Positions 1 to 9,411 of a stretch of DNA of 64,000 nucleotides are shown here, piece after piece; positions within the stretch are counted from its first letter, which is position 1, and every line of letters begins with the position of its first letter. Under the pieces are notes generated by a model that was not told where the DNA came from, did no database searches, and saw only the letters and a list, made by a program, of their open reading frames with translations. Where the stretch lies: the sequence record MG655270.1. One strand, given 5' to 3'. A program made the translations under genes and the position numbers.

Positions 1-16
1 GACTTTCCCGAAAGAG

Positions 17-742
17 ATGAATGCTGCTTTCCATCCTGATAACGAACAAACCACCCAGCTGTGCAAAACGATCCAGCAGATCAGCGGGGTGGAGATCAAA
101 CGTGTACATGTGGTGATGGCGATCCACCATTACAAACAAAACGATGCGGCACATCAGCCTGACCACATGCTGGCGGTCTTAGCAGAAGCAGCCCACATCA
201 TCCAGTCGTTTCCTGACCTGGAGAAATGGCGCACCCAGATCATGTTAGGGTGTCTGTTCCATGACACCCACTGTCACATCGATCGGGATATGCACCACCT
301 GCTAGGCGCCGAACATGCCCAAGAGGCATTACTGGAGTATGCGTGTGGTTATGGGATGTCACGTGCGGATGTCTACCTGATCAGTCAGGCCGTACTGGAG
401 CATCGGGCTTCCTGGAAGTACCCGCGTATTAACCCTGTATCCAACGCTGTGGCGTCTGCAGATCGTGGCTACCCTGATCTAAAGAAATACATCCGTCGTG
501 CTGTACAGTACCGTTACAAGCGCATGGCAGTCATCAACATGAACACCATCATCGATGAGTCGATCGAACACATGGTAGAGAAGTTCGGTGATGGCGGTTA
601 TGCCTGGGAAAGCTACCCGACGTATGCAGCGGTGATGCACGGTGATGCGATTCAACAAGTGAAGCAACAACTGCGCAGTAAAGAAGGAAAGGCACAGCTC
701 AAGGAGTACGCTGAACTCCACTTTGATGAGTGGGTAGAATAA
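17..742 (+). CDS. HD-domain phosphohydrolase
   Basis: H(DHM)...LFHDTH...HHLLGAEH...EH...ADR metal-binding HD motif set. Confidence 0.8.
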   Translation: MNAAFHPDNEQTTQLCKTIQQISGVEIKRVHVVMAIHHYKQNDAAHQPDHMLAVLAEAAHIIQSFPDLEKWRTQIMLGCLFHDTHCHIDRDMHHLLGAEHAQEALLEYACGYGMSRADVYLISQAVLEHRASWKYPRINPVSNAVASADRGYPDLKKYIRRAVQYRYKRMAVINMNTIIDESIEHMVEKFGDGGYAWESYPTYAAVMHGDAIQQVKQQLRSKEGKAQLKEYAELHFDEWVE

Positions 743-750
743 GCTACGTG

Positions 751-790
751 GCCGGAGGATTACCTCCGGCTGTTATGCCTGTTCTTTCTT
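751..790 (+). terminator. Hairpin + TTATGCC terminator
   Basis: gccggagg-atta-cctccggc, then tgTTATGCC and a T-rich run. Confidence 0.75.
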
Positions 791-902
791 CTTTGTAATT
801 CTCAACACATTCGGTCTTTGTTATACAAAGGCTATAATCTTTGTCCCGAGCTAAGGGTAACGTGAACAGTTATGCTGGCTTACTTTTTAAAGGTATCTTT
901 TC

Positions 903-1433
903 ATGGATGGTTTATTTAATCTCTCCTCATGGCAATCGATTTTACTTGTGGTAGTTGTACTCCTGCTGTGGGCGTATTACCAACGACTTCAACACCTGCG
1001 TCGTAAGTATCATCGCCGTAATGAACGCATGATGGCGCAGAGCGTGGTCATGACATCCCGGCTGTTACTGAGTACCTTCTCGGAGATTGTGGAACGCGCT
1101 AAAGAGGAGGACATCTACCAGCGTGATCCTAACTCCCCGATTGCGGCAGACCGGGCCAGTGCGATGGCCTGCTCCTCCATCTTCAGTGGGTTGTATAACC
1201 TGGTTGTGGTGCCCGTCACCACCCTTGATCCGGTGTTCAACGATTTATTGATTACCGGTACTGAGCGGGAAGATGTTGAGGAAGGGGTCTTTGTGTCGTT
1301 TTATTTGGGTGAACAGCGTAATGATGTGGTTAGGCATTTTATACCCGACCGGTCGTTACAGGCCTTTATCACCCAAACGCGTGCCTTCAGTGCTTACCTG
1401 CGACAGGCTGCGAATACAAAACCACCACAATGA
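903..1433 (+). CDS. N-terminally membrane-anchored hypothetical protein
   Basis: 176 aa; single N-terminal TM helix (ILLVVVVLLLWAYY); RBS aaggt. Confidence 0.7.
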   Translation: MDGLFNLSSWQSILLVVVVLLLWAYYQRLQHLRRKYHRRNERMMAQSVVMTSRLLLSTFSEIVERAKEEDIYQRDPNSPIAADRASAMACSSIFSGLYNLVVVPVTTLDPVFNDLLITGTEREDVEEGVFVSFYLGEQRNDVVRHFIPDRSLQAFITQTRAFSAYLRQAANTKPPQ

Positions 1434-1441
1434 GGTGACAC

Positions 1442-1972
1442 ATGACCAATTATGGTTTTCTGCTGAACACAGTACTTCTGGCTTTTCTTATTTGGTTTGG
1501 TTACCGACTGCACACGTTGGTAAACAACAGCGAGAAAGCCACCCTCGCCGCTGATCATAACGCCAAGCTGCGCTTCCTGACCTATGCAGCCCGGCAGATA
1601 ATGAGTGACTTGTATACGTCGCTCAATCTTCCGACGCTCACCGGGTGTGCGAAGATGTATCTACGCGATGACGGCAAGCTTGATAATATTGAAGTCATTA
1701 TGCGACTCTTCATGAAAACCCATAATGAGATTATTACCAAGCTCTCCGAGGGATTGGTGTCGGATCATTTGAAGATCACCGATGTTAAAGTTACCCATGA
1801 TCTGGTGACCAACGAAGTGCTCATCACACTCTTGTATCCGAATAAAGTCACTGACATCCTGGTCTTCCATCATAACCACCTGGCGCAGGCGATCTACCAA
1901 CTGGATCGATTGCAGCATCGGCTCTCAACGTTCCACAAAGCGGTGCCGAACCGCGACCTGTACCAACTCTAA
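1442..1972 (+). CDS. N-terminally membrane-anchored hypothetical protein
   Basis: 176 aa; RBS gaggt; N-terminal TM; same architecture as upstream gene. Confidence 0.7.
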   Translation: MTNYGFLLNTVLLAFLIWFGYRLHTLVNNSEKATLAADHNAKLRFLTYAARQIMSDLYTSLNLPTLTGCAKMYLRDDGKLDNIEVIMRLFMKTHNEIITKLSEGLVSDHLKITDVKVTHDLVTNEVLITLLYPNKVTDILVFHHNHLAQAIYQLDRLQHRLSTFHKAVPNRDLYQL

Positions 1973-1975
1973 ACC

Positions 1976-2022
1976 AAGGGAGGGCTTCGGCTCTCCCTTA
2001 TGCCACCCGTTCTTCTTTTTTG
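1976..2022 (+). terminator. Hairpin + TTATGCC terminator
   Basis: aagggag-ggc-ttcg-gct-ctccctt, then ATGCC and a T run. Confidence 0.75.
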
Positions 2023-2092
2023 GTTATTACTATGAATTGCAAGATTCACCACGTAGTTCGTTTCACTTATTAACCCCTAAAGAGGAATAGTC

Positions 2093-4015
2093 ATGACAGA
2101 TAGCACTACAGCGCAGAGCCCGACCGTGACGTTAGACCAAGTCATCGCGTCAGGCGGCCAGATTGTCTTCCTGGACAATGGGCAACTGAAAAGCTTTCCT
2201 GTCTCTCAGATCACTGACTTACTGAAAAGCGGCATGTCTACTGACGTGTTGGGTCAGGCTGATTCTCTGAGTATGTTTGGTCAAGTGGAGTCGTTCGAGG
2301 CTCTACGTAAGCTTAAGCCACAGAAAGAAGGTGCACGCATCTCTCTTCGTGGCTGGAACAAAGGCAGTTGTCTGGGTGGCGGTGAGTTCATTGGTCATCT
2401 CGTCACCAAAGATCTTAAAGCCCGTCCAGATGATGGCGGTATGATTGCAGCCGGTAGCGGGTTCTTCTGGGAACGTGTGTGCTCAGATTGCGGGCAAATG
2501 AATGTCACTCACTTCGGTGCGCTTCCTGGCGCCACTGCAGCGACTGATTGCGTGCCAGCAATGACCGCCATGCTGAACTGGAGTAATGCCAACGCTGTTG
2601 GTTTAGGAATTCAATTCCCAGCCGGTACTTTCTTCGCTTCCAGTTTAAAGTTCACCAAAGAGATCGGGTATTTCCGTATCGCCGGTAACCACATCAACTT
2701 TGGTTATTTTGCTAACACGGTATTGGTGAGTGACGCTACTGAAAACTTTATGTTGGATGTTGCGGCCCGTCGGGTTGAGTTGGCAAACATCATCTTCCGC
2801 GGTGTGAGTACTACTGAGAAGCCGAATAAGAAAGGGATCTTTAATAACATCGTCATTGGTGGTCAGTACTTCAACATGACCTGTGTGCGGTTTGAGAAAA
2901 TCGGCGGGACCTGTGTTAATCTGATCGATACTCTCGATACCAAGATGACACAATGGTACGCGTCACAATGTACTGGTGATGTGATCGTTAACAAATGGTC
3001 CGATCGTCAGGCAGGTGGCTGGAACCATACCACTGCTGTTGAAATGACCAACTTTAACATCCAGAAGTGTGTTGGTGGTAAAGTGTTTGACATGCAGCGC
3101 TGCGCTCAGTCGTTTATCACTAATGGCTGGATCGAGCACTGTGATGATCCAGGCGACCTGTCTAATGGTCAATGGACGGTAAATGGCCTGAGTATCGAAG
3201 ATTGTAAGAAACCATTAAAGGCCTCTTACGCTCGCTTTATTGAGATCCAGCGTAACCTGCAGTCCGGGTCACGAATCGACTACTCCATTGACCCAGAGCT
3301 CGAAGAGTGGCTGAGTGAATGGGAACGCGGTCGTCTGGATATCGCCAACCACGGCATCTTCATCGACGGTACCTTAGAGCCGGGTACGATCATGTCTCGC
3401 AACAAGCTGAGCAACAGCAGCGACAAAGCGAAATGGTTCCGGGTCGGTACCTGGTACAGCCCATCTGAAGGCGACTCCATTGACCTCAACCTGGTTGGTA
3501 CTGGTAACTTCCTGTCGGTCGCACCAAAGCTTGATGATATCGATGGTGTGCGTCAAGGTGGCGGTAACACCCTGATCCGTGTGCAGTTGAAGAAAGACTC
3601 CGTAGGTGCGACCTTAGAACCACATGGTTCAAGTCCCCTGCAAGCGGCGAAGATTGCCAAAGTCGGTGCCGGTAAGTTTGTGATCTACGCCCAGCTGAAA
3701 CCGTATACCCGTAATGTGATCCCGGTGATTGTTGCAACCGGTGCCACGCACTACGAAGCCGGTGTCTCTTATTACTTCCGTCCGGCGATTGCCTCGATGA
3801 GTGATGAAGAGATCGCAGCAGTGCCGGATGCGGTGGTGATTGCTGAACAGTGGTCGCTCGGTCAACTGGCCGGTGTGGGCGCCACTAACGAAGGTAACCT
3901 GATGCTGAAGAGTAAGATCGTTAACGATCACTTGCAGGTACAGGTCATGGTTAGCCAAGCACAATGGGCGAAACCAGAACTTCGTTATATCGAGCTGAAG
4001 AAAGAAGCCAAGTAA
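2093..4015 (+). CDS. AmsF/WceF-like beta-helix protein (putative EPS depolymerase / tailspike-like)
   Basis: 640 aa; GQVESF..LR.LKP..EGARI.LRGW..G...GGGEF...DDGG.IA N-terminal module followed by parallel beta-helix-like repeats, as recalled for Erwinia AmsF-type proteins. Confidence 0.65.
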   Translation: MTDSTTAQSPTVTLDQVIASGGQIVFLDNGQLKSFPVSQITDLLKSGMSTDVLGQADSLSMFGQVESFEALRKLKPQKEGARISLRGWNKGSCLGGGEFIGHLVTKDLKARPDDGGMIAAGSGFFWERVCSDCGQMNVTHFGALPGATAATDCVPAMTAMLNWSNANAVGLGIQFPAGTFFASSLKFTKEIGYFRIAGNHINFGYFANTVLVSDATENFMLDVAARRVELANIIFRGVSTTEKPNKKGIFNNIVIGGQYFNMTCVRFEKIGGTCVNLIDTLDTKMTQWYASQCTGDVIVNKWSDRQAGGWNHTTAVEMTNFNIQKCVGGKVFDMQRCAQSFITNGWIEHCDDPGDLSNGQWTVNGLSIEDCKKPLKASYARFIEIQRNLQSGSRIDYSIDPELEEWLSEWERGRLDIANHGIFIDGTLEPGTIMSRNKLSNSSDKAKWFRVGTWYSPSEGDSIDLNLVGTGNFLSVAPKLDDIDGVRQGGGNTLIRVQLKKDSVGATLEPHGSSPLQAAKIAKVGAGKFVIYAQLKPYTRNVIPVIVATGATHYEAGVSYYFRPAIASMSDEEIAAVPDAVVIAEQWSLGQLAGVGATNEGNLMLKSKIVNDHLQVQVMVSQAQWAKPELRYIELKKEAK

Positions 4016-4040
4016 GGCAAGCGCGTTATACCGCTAACTG

Positions 4041-4070
4041 GAGGAGGGGATTCCCCTCCTCTTTATGCCG
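4041..4070 (+). terminator. Hairpin + TTATGCC terminator
   Basis: gaggagggg-att-cccctcctc-TTTATGCCG. Confidence 0.75.
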
Positions 4071-4074
4071 CCCT

Positions 4075-4105
4075 AGATTTTACCAGACCTATATTACCCT
4101 TGTGA
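4075..4105 (+). promoter_or_regulatory. Phage (probably early) promoter motif
   Basis: aga-ttttaccaga-CCTATATTAC-cctt-GTGA. Confidence 0.7.
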
Positions 4106-4188
4106 TTTCTGTAGAAATAAACGGAATCACCCAGTCTTATAACCCGCTGACCAAACCGAGTGTCGGCTAAACAAAAAGAGGAAATACC

Positions 4189-4890
4189 ATGACTACCCGT
4201 AAGATTGCTCGCTTAGACAAACTCGCTAAATTTGTAAACGACAATTTTGATCGTGATTACAACCTGCCATTTGCGATCGAGATCGAACAGCATGAAGATA
4301 AGTGGCACGGTGTTCGATACAGCCTCAACCTGACTCAGCCAGAGTGTGACGGTAGTCCTGTAAAAACGTTATTCCGTTCGAAGATGTTACCGGCTGAATT
4401 CGTTGGTGATCGGTTTACACGGCTAGAAGGCAGTGTGGCCGGAATGGCATCTGGGATTGAACTCCTGGGACAAGTTGCCTGGTACTGGATGTTATCAGGG
4501 GTAAACGGCAGTGATCGCGAATTGGGTGTGCAGGTAGCGTCGATGGCCTGGGATGCCTGGACACTGGCAACCGCCATATTTGATGGCTCTAAAGCCCGTG
4601 ATCTCTTCGAGCGTGACGATTTCCTTTGCCCTGGCGTAACACTGAATCAGCACGTCCTGTGCGAAAAGTTTGTCAGCATTGACCGCGAAGTATGGCTAAA
4701 GCGTCGCACTAAACTGCTCGATAATGCGGTGGTTATTGAAAGTCGTTGGACCTTCGTAAAACAATATATCGGGGCAGGTGGTCTGGGTCATGAAGAGAAA
4801 CACACTGTCGCCGAGGTCACCAAACGCAGGCAAGCACCCGCGCCTTTTGAAATTATCTTTAAGGCCAAATCGTCTCCTTTTAATCCATGA
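4189..4890 (+). CDS. Hypothetical protein
   Basis: 233 aa ORF, RBS gagga, follows promoter motif. Confidence 0.7.
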   Translation: MTTRKIARLDKLAKFVNDNFDRDYNLPFAIEIEQHEDKWHGVRYSLNLTQPECDGSPVKTLFRSKMLPAEFVGDRFTRLEGSVAGMASGIELLGQVAWYWMLSGVNGSDRELGVQVASMAWDAWTLATAIFDGSKARDLFERDDFLCPGVTLNQHVLCEKFVSIDREVWLKRRTKLLDNAVVIESRWTFVKQYIGAGGLGHEEKHTVAEVTKRRQAPAPFEIIFKAKSSPFNP

Positions 4891-4939
4891 GAATGAGGAG
4901 GGGGTTTCGACCTCCTCCATTATTGCTATTTTAAGTTGC

Positions 4940-4970
4940 AGAAAATCTAACGCCTACATTACTAATGGGA
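4940..4970 (+). promoter_or_regulatory. Phage promoter motif
   Basis: aga-aaatctaacg-CCTACATTAC-taat-GGGA. Confidence 0.7.
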
Positions 4971-5007
4971 TAGGCCTGATCAACAATTCTAATTAAGGGA
5001 ATTTGTA

Positions 5008-5478
5008 ATGAGTGAAATCACGTTTAAAGACGCGCGGTATTACGACCTGATTACCAAAGAACAATTGCAACCTGGACACACCATCCTGCTGAGCCTCAAA
5101 GGTCAACCAGCGGGTGTCATGACCCCAGCAGTACAGTGGGCTAAAGACAACCTGGAAAACACGGTCGTGGTGTACGGCACGGTTGACGATCTGCAATCAA
5201 TCCATAAAGAGATCAGTACTTGCGATCAACCGGTAGCTGTGGTCCTTACCGGCGGCTACCACGCAACGTATGAACTTACTCACTGGGCACGGGAAAACAA
5301 CGTAGTGGTGTTCCTGGCTTCAGATACCAATGCACCGCGTCCACGTTATGCGGTACTGCTCGGTACCTGTCTGATCCAGCTGACTTATGACCAGACTGGT
5401 CGAGTGAGTTCTGCTACCGCCATTCGTAATCAAGCAACCGCATCAGGCTGGGTGATCGACTTCACCGCTGACGCATAA
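5008..5478 (+). CDS. Hypothetical alpha/beta protein
   Basis: 156 aa; alternating beta-strand/helix pattern; RBS aaggga. Confidence 0.65.
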   Translation: MSEITFKDARYYDLITKEQLQPGHTILLSLKGQPAGVMTPAVQWAKDNLENTVVVYGTVDDLQSIHKEISTCDQPVAVVLTGGYHATYELTHWARENNVVVFLASDTNAPRPRYAVLLGTCLIQLTYDQTGRVSSATAIRNQATASGWVIDFTADA

Positions 5479-5517
5479 TCCTTTATTCATCCAATTAATT
5501 TAACCTGAGGTAATATC

Positions 5518-6123
5518 ATGCAACTTCATCAATACGTCGCCCTCTTACTCGGTGTGGGTTTAATCACGATCATTCTCGTTATGCTGGTCGGTTGGCTCGT
5601 GCTTGAAAACCAACGCAAATACGCCGCATTCCAACGGGTGCGTTACGAAAACATGCTGCGCTATCGCCTGACTGATTTCAGCAACCAGGTGACGGCAGAT
5701 CTCTCAGCCATGTTCCTGCGCTATTTACTCTCCCCGCGGGTTGGTGGTACTGAGCGGGTGAGTGTAGAGGCAATAGCCGGTACCGTCCAGGGTATGCTGC
5801 AAGCGATCGCTGCTCACCACAACCATGAGTTTAAAAGCTCAGAGGTCGGTGATACGTTACTGGGTCTGTTGATTAAAGAGGTCTCTTATGAAACACAGAG
5901 CGACCGCATCATCTTTACCTTGACACGTCCAGGTGCCACGAACCTCACTTATACCCTGACACACCCCGAAGCGTACGGTTCGATGCTCTGCTGTGAGCTG
6001 GAAGACTATCGCATGCGTCTGCGTGACCGCGCAACCCTGCAGATCAAGCGTGAGCTCGATCAGGCACCGCAAACGTATAAAGCCGCCTTCCCTAACTCGG
6101 AGCGGATTAATACCACTGCGTAA
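5518..6123 (+). CDS. N-terminally membrane-anchored hypothetical protein
   Basis: 201 aa; RBS gaggt; TM LLGVGLITIILVMLVGWLVL. Confidence 0.7.
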   Translation: MQLHQYVALLLGVGLITIILVMLVGWLVLENQRKYAAFQRVRYENMLRYRLTDFSNQVTADLSAMFLRYLLSPRVGGTERVSVEAIAGTVQGMLQAIAAHHNHEFKSSEVGDTLLGLLIKEVSYETQSDRIIFTLTRPGATNLTYTLTHPEAYGSMLCCELEDYRMRLRDRATLQIKRELDQAPQTYKAAFPNSERINTTA

Positions 6124-6127
6124 TAAA

Positions 6128-6157
6128 TGGGAGGCAAAGCCTCCCTTTATTTTTTGT
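6128..6157 (+). terminator. Intrinsic terminator
   Basis: gggaggc-aaa-gcctccc followed by tttattttttg. Confidence 0.7.
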
Positions 6158-6222
6158 CATTGTAGTAAATGTGTACAACTTAACTAAATCATTTAGTAAA
6201 CGTAAAAAGGAAAGTCAGCATC

Positions 6223-6519
6223 ATGTCAAACGAAGCCATTCTGAAAGCCCTGGAAACCATTGCCACTACATACCCAAAAGTTGAGGTGGTGTCGATTGGT
6301 GGGATTATCGCCTGCTTCGGCACGATGAAAGATGGGAAGGTAGAAACCACGGTGTTTGGCAATCTGCCCGAGTTCACTGTCGCCAATGTGAAGAAGCTTT
6401 ACAACGCGAAGTGGTCACAACGTCAATTGGGTTATATGTACGGTACATCACAGGCCCAGATCGCTAACTTCATGAAGAACCGTGAGGTTAACGTTCCCAA
6501 TACGGTAAAAGGTTATTAG
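6223..6519 (+). CDS. Small protein with C-terminal helix-turn-helix
   Basis: WSQRQLGYMYGTSQAQIANFMK fits an HTH pattern. Confidence 0.6.
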   Translation: MSNEAILKALETIATTYPKVEVVSIGGIIACFGTMKDGKVETTVFGNLPEFTVANVKKLYNAKWSQRQLGYMYGTSQAQIANFMKNREVNVPNTVKGY

Positions 6520-6520
6520 C

Positions 6521-6811
6521 ATGAAATGGTACGAACGACTGGTCGAGAGCACGGTGTTGCGGTTTATGGCAACTTTCCTCTTAGCCTGCTTGTGGTCCCT
6601 GCTCCTTTTAAGCCAATGCTCGTTAGCGCTCGATCTCACCTTAAGCGTGATCTCTCTGGTGATCGTGTATAACCTGCGGGATTTCTTAAAGGACTTGCAC
6701 CACGGTGTTTCAACCCGTCATGACTTTGCAGGGTGGTTTGTGCTGAACGCTGCTGGCATGGCACTGCTCTCGGCAATCATTAACGCCCTGTTCATCTTAC
6801 ATAGACTCTAG
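6521..6811 (+). CDS. Small multi-pass membrane protein
   Basis: 96 aa with three hydrophobic segments. Confidence 0.6.
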   Translation: MKWYERLVESTVLRFMATFLLACLWSLLLLSQCSLALDLTLSVISLVIVYNLRDFLKDLHHGVSTRHDFAGWFVLNAAGMALLSAIINALFILHRL

Positions 6812-6819
6812 GAGCTCTC

Positions 6820-7401
6820 ATGTCAAAGAAACTCGATACCCGTAAAAGTATGTTTCTGGCCTTGGTGTTACGCCACCGTCCTGAAGAGATCGGAATTACC
6901 CTGGATGAGAACGGCTGGGCTAAAGTCAGCGAAGTGATCACCGGGTTTACCTTTACCGGGCGTGGGCTCTCATTACCTGAGCTTGAGATCATCGTTGAGA
7001 CGGATGAGAAGAAGCGTTACCAGCTCTCTGACGATAAGTGCTATATCCGGGCCGTGCAGGGGCATTCTCACGAGAGCGTGATGAACATGCAGCTGGAAGT
7101 GACGACACCGCCAAAGTACTTGTATCACGGCACCCAACAGATCTCCTGTGAATCGATCGAGCGACAAGGGATCTTGCGCCTTAAACGTTTATATGTCCAC
7201 CTAACGGATGACATCGAAGCGGCTTGGCGCGCAGCAACTCGTAAACGAACAGCCGGTGCAGTCTACCGAATCGACACCGAGAAGATGACGCGGATGGGCC
7301 ATGTGTTCTATCGCGCTGAGAACGGGGTCTGGCTGGCGAAGCGCATTCCTTTCTCAGTCATTGAGATGGTTGATGCACATGACGAAGAAACAAGTACCTG
7401 A
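6820..7401 (+). CDS. kptA: RNA 2'-phosphotransferase (Tpt1/KptA family)
   Basis: LRH.PE..G..LD..GW, KKRY, IRA.QGHS, LYHGT, VHLT and R...NGVWL motifs. Confidence 0.92.
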   Translation: MSKKLDTRKSMFLALVLRHRPEEIGITLDENGWAKVSEVITGFTFTGRGLSLPELEIIVETDEKKRYQLSDDKCYIRAVQGHSHESVMNMQLEVTTPPKYLYHGTQQISCESIERQGILRLKRLYVHLTDDIEAAWRAATRKRTAGAVYRIDTEKMTRMGHVFYRAENGVWLAKRIPFSVIEMVDAHDEETST

Positions 7402-7663
7402 GTGGTGGAACAGCATCTTGTTACCGGTTGGTTTCATGATGATCTGGGCAGGGTATGTAATAGGTGGGCAGTTCCTCAGTTTCTGGGGGTGTATCTGTGT
7501 CACGTTGATTTGTGGTGGGGTTTCGTACCAACACTGCATGCGCTCAACCAAGTATCGCAAAAATTCCGTAAGCTGGTTTATCTGTTGGAATGCTTACGGT
7601 ATCATCGCGTGTTTGGGTATTGGGTTTATGGTAGCAGCAATTTATCTAGGCGGAGTCAAATAA
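7373..7663 (+). CDS. Small multi-pass membrane protein
   Basis: Start reassigned from 7301; three hydrophobic segments. Confidence 0.55.
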   Translation: MHMTKKQVPEWWNSILLPVGFMMIWAGYVIGGQFLSFWGCICVTLICGGVSYQHCMRSTKYRKNSVSWFICWNAYGIIACLGIGFMVAAIYLGGVK

Positions 7664-7936
7664 GTGAAAAGTAAAACAGGCAGTAAGTTAACACGCACGT
7701 TGTTATTTTGTTTTGGTGCTTACATCACAGGGATGTTTGCCTTGATGATGATCCTGTCATCACAAAGCACTGCAGATATCACTGCAGGGAACTATGACAA
7801 AATGAGCGTGGATGACTCGCCTGAGTTTATTTTAACAGATCGCAGTAATGGATGTAGATACGTCTATGACTCGGTTACCAAAACAGCCCACACTGCAACA
7901 GGCTTCGATTATTGTCTGTCGCTAAGGAAAGAATAA
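7664..7936 (+). CDS. Membrane-anchored small protein
   Basis: 90 aa; N-terminal TM, soluble part with a Cys pair. Confidence 0.6.
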   Translation: MKSKTGSKLTRTLLFCFGAYITGMFALMMILSSQSTADITAGNYDKMSVDDSPEFILTDRSNGCRYVYDSVTKTAHTATGFDYCLSLRKE

Positions 7937-8008
7937 TGGTTCGTGCATATCGACACTCTGAGCTGCTACGATGGCCGCATCCCGCGGCCTGCACTCGGAG
8001 TTCGTTCT

Positions 8009-8236
8009 ATGTCTATTGCAGTCAACCGTCACCACGCTAAACGTTTAAAGGCCAAACGTAAACACTACTGGAACGTCGGCGGGAAACGCCAGAACAACAA
8101 GGCGGTGGGAATTATCTTCCATACCCCGTGTAAATGCAGCTGCACCATGTGCGGTAACCAACGCAAGCATTGGGGACGTCCGATCCAGGAAGTGAAACAA
8201 GCGGCCCGTTTTAGCGATACGGTCACTGACATTTAA
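8009..8236 (+). CDS. Basic small protein with TPxxCSCxxCGNxR motif (putative Zn-binding)
   Basis: RBS ggag at about 7997; HTPCKCSCTMCGNQRKH. Confidence 0.6.
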   Translation: MSIAVNRHHAKRLKAKRKHYWNVGGKRQNNKAVGIIFHTPCKCSCTMCGNQRKHWGRPIQEVKQAARFSDTVTDI

Positions 8237-8284
8237 CCATGCAAGGGGAGTTGTTGGCTCCCCTTCTTTATTTGAGGAATCCGC

Positions 8285-8650
8285 ATGAAACGCGGCTACC
8301 CATCAGGCCAGCCGATTGAAGTCGAAGTCGGTGGAGTCATGTACCAATTTAATCCCCTTGAAAACATGCTGGCTGACCTGCGTGCCAATAAGTTGATCAT
8401 CGTGTGCTGCAGTAATAAGAAGCGCGCCATTACCGATATCTGGATGTGTGATAGCGAGATCGACTACTCGACGCAGTCACGCATGGAACACATCCTGGTG
8501 AGCGACCGTTGCAAACAGTTCACCAAAGACTACGCCTTAACGCGAGTGGTGGATGTTGATAGCCGGTCATTGACGATTGCCGGCCCAGATAAAAAGATGC
8601 TGTCGATGGTGATTATGGGGGATACCCTCTACGCCGTTAAACCAAGCTAA
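8285..8650 (+). CDS. Hypothetical protein
   Basis: 121 aa, RBS gagga. Confidence 0.65.
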   Translation: MKRGYPSGQPIEVEVGGVMYQFNPLENMLADLRANKLIIVCCSNKKRAITDIWMCDSEIDYSTQSRMEHILVSDRCKQFTKDYALTRVVDVDSRSLTIAGPDKKMLSMVIMGDTLYAVKPS

Positions 8651-8670
8651 CAGAACAGAGGGCTAACCAA

Positions 8671-8793
8671 ATGACTTTATTAAAGATCGCAGCTGGCGCA
8701 TTGTTCCTGGGTTGGATCATTACCGCAGGCATCACCACCATCGATGCGTACCTTTCCCCTGAACCTACCGAAGGGAAGTCTATCCACTTCTAA
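8671..8793 (+). CDS. 40-aa membrane peptide (not in ORF track)
   Basis: MTLLKIAAGALFLGWIITAGITTIDAYLSPEPTEGKSIHF*; RBS gaggg; fills the intergenic gap. Confidence 0.55.
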   Translation: MTLLKIAAGALFLGWIITAGITTIDAYLSPEPTEGKSIHF

Positions 8794-8815
8794 CCGGTGC
8801 CATGAGGTCTGTTTG

Positions 8816-9304
8816 ATGAAAAATGATTTAAGCAGTTTCATGAAAAACACCATCTGTACACTGACTGTAGTTCAGCAGCGTATCGGCGGTTCCTTCTGCG
8901 CATTCCTCTCTGCCGAACACCACGCCGAAGCCATGGCTGATGACGCGGGTGGAAAACACGGCAATCACGATAACCTGGAGAATGGTCTCTTTAGCACTGA
9001 CTGGTTCCCGGTAGGATTTGGCGAAACACCCCGCGAGGCAGTCACCGATCTTGAAGAACGGGTAATCAATTTCACCAACATCTCAGGTGACCCCAAAGGT
9101 TGGGTTTATAACCATTTGTTCAACATGCTTGTTTGTCGTGTTTATCGTGAAACAGGCACAGGACACTATACCTTACAACCGGCTCTCTTTCCGGAAGTAA
9201 TCCCTGACTGGCTTAAACACTTTGATAAACTCGATGAAGATCTTGTTGATGATTTTATTAAGCGTATTCCCATCAGTCAAGATGATGGCTGGACCCCTCT
9301 ATGA
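8816..9304 (+). CDS. Hypothetical protein
   Basis: Start reassigned to ATG after gaggt; GFGETPREAV motif. Confidence 0.65.
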   Translation: MKNDLSSFMKNTICTLTVVQQRIGGSFCAFLSAEHHAEAMADDAGGKHGNHDNLENGLFSTDWFPVGFGETPREAVTDLEERVINFTNISGDPKGWVYNHLFNMLVCRVYRETGTGHYTLQPALFPEVIPDWLKHFDKLDEDLVDDFIKRIPISQDDGWTPL

Positions 9305-9402
9305 ATAACCTCTGGTTGTTGGCAATGGCCATTATTTACACAGCAGGGCTTATTGCCGCATGTGTGGTGGCACGGATGGCAGTCTTTCATCATGTGATTT
9401 AA
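9301..9402 (+). CDS. 33-aa membrane peptide (not in ORF track)
   Basis: MNNLWLLAMAIIYTAGLIAACVVARMAVFHHVI*; ATGA overlap with upstream stop. Confidence 0.55.
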   Translation: MNNLWLLAMAIIYTAGLIAACVVARMAVFHHVI

Positions 9403-9411
9403 GGGGTCATT

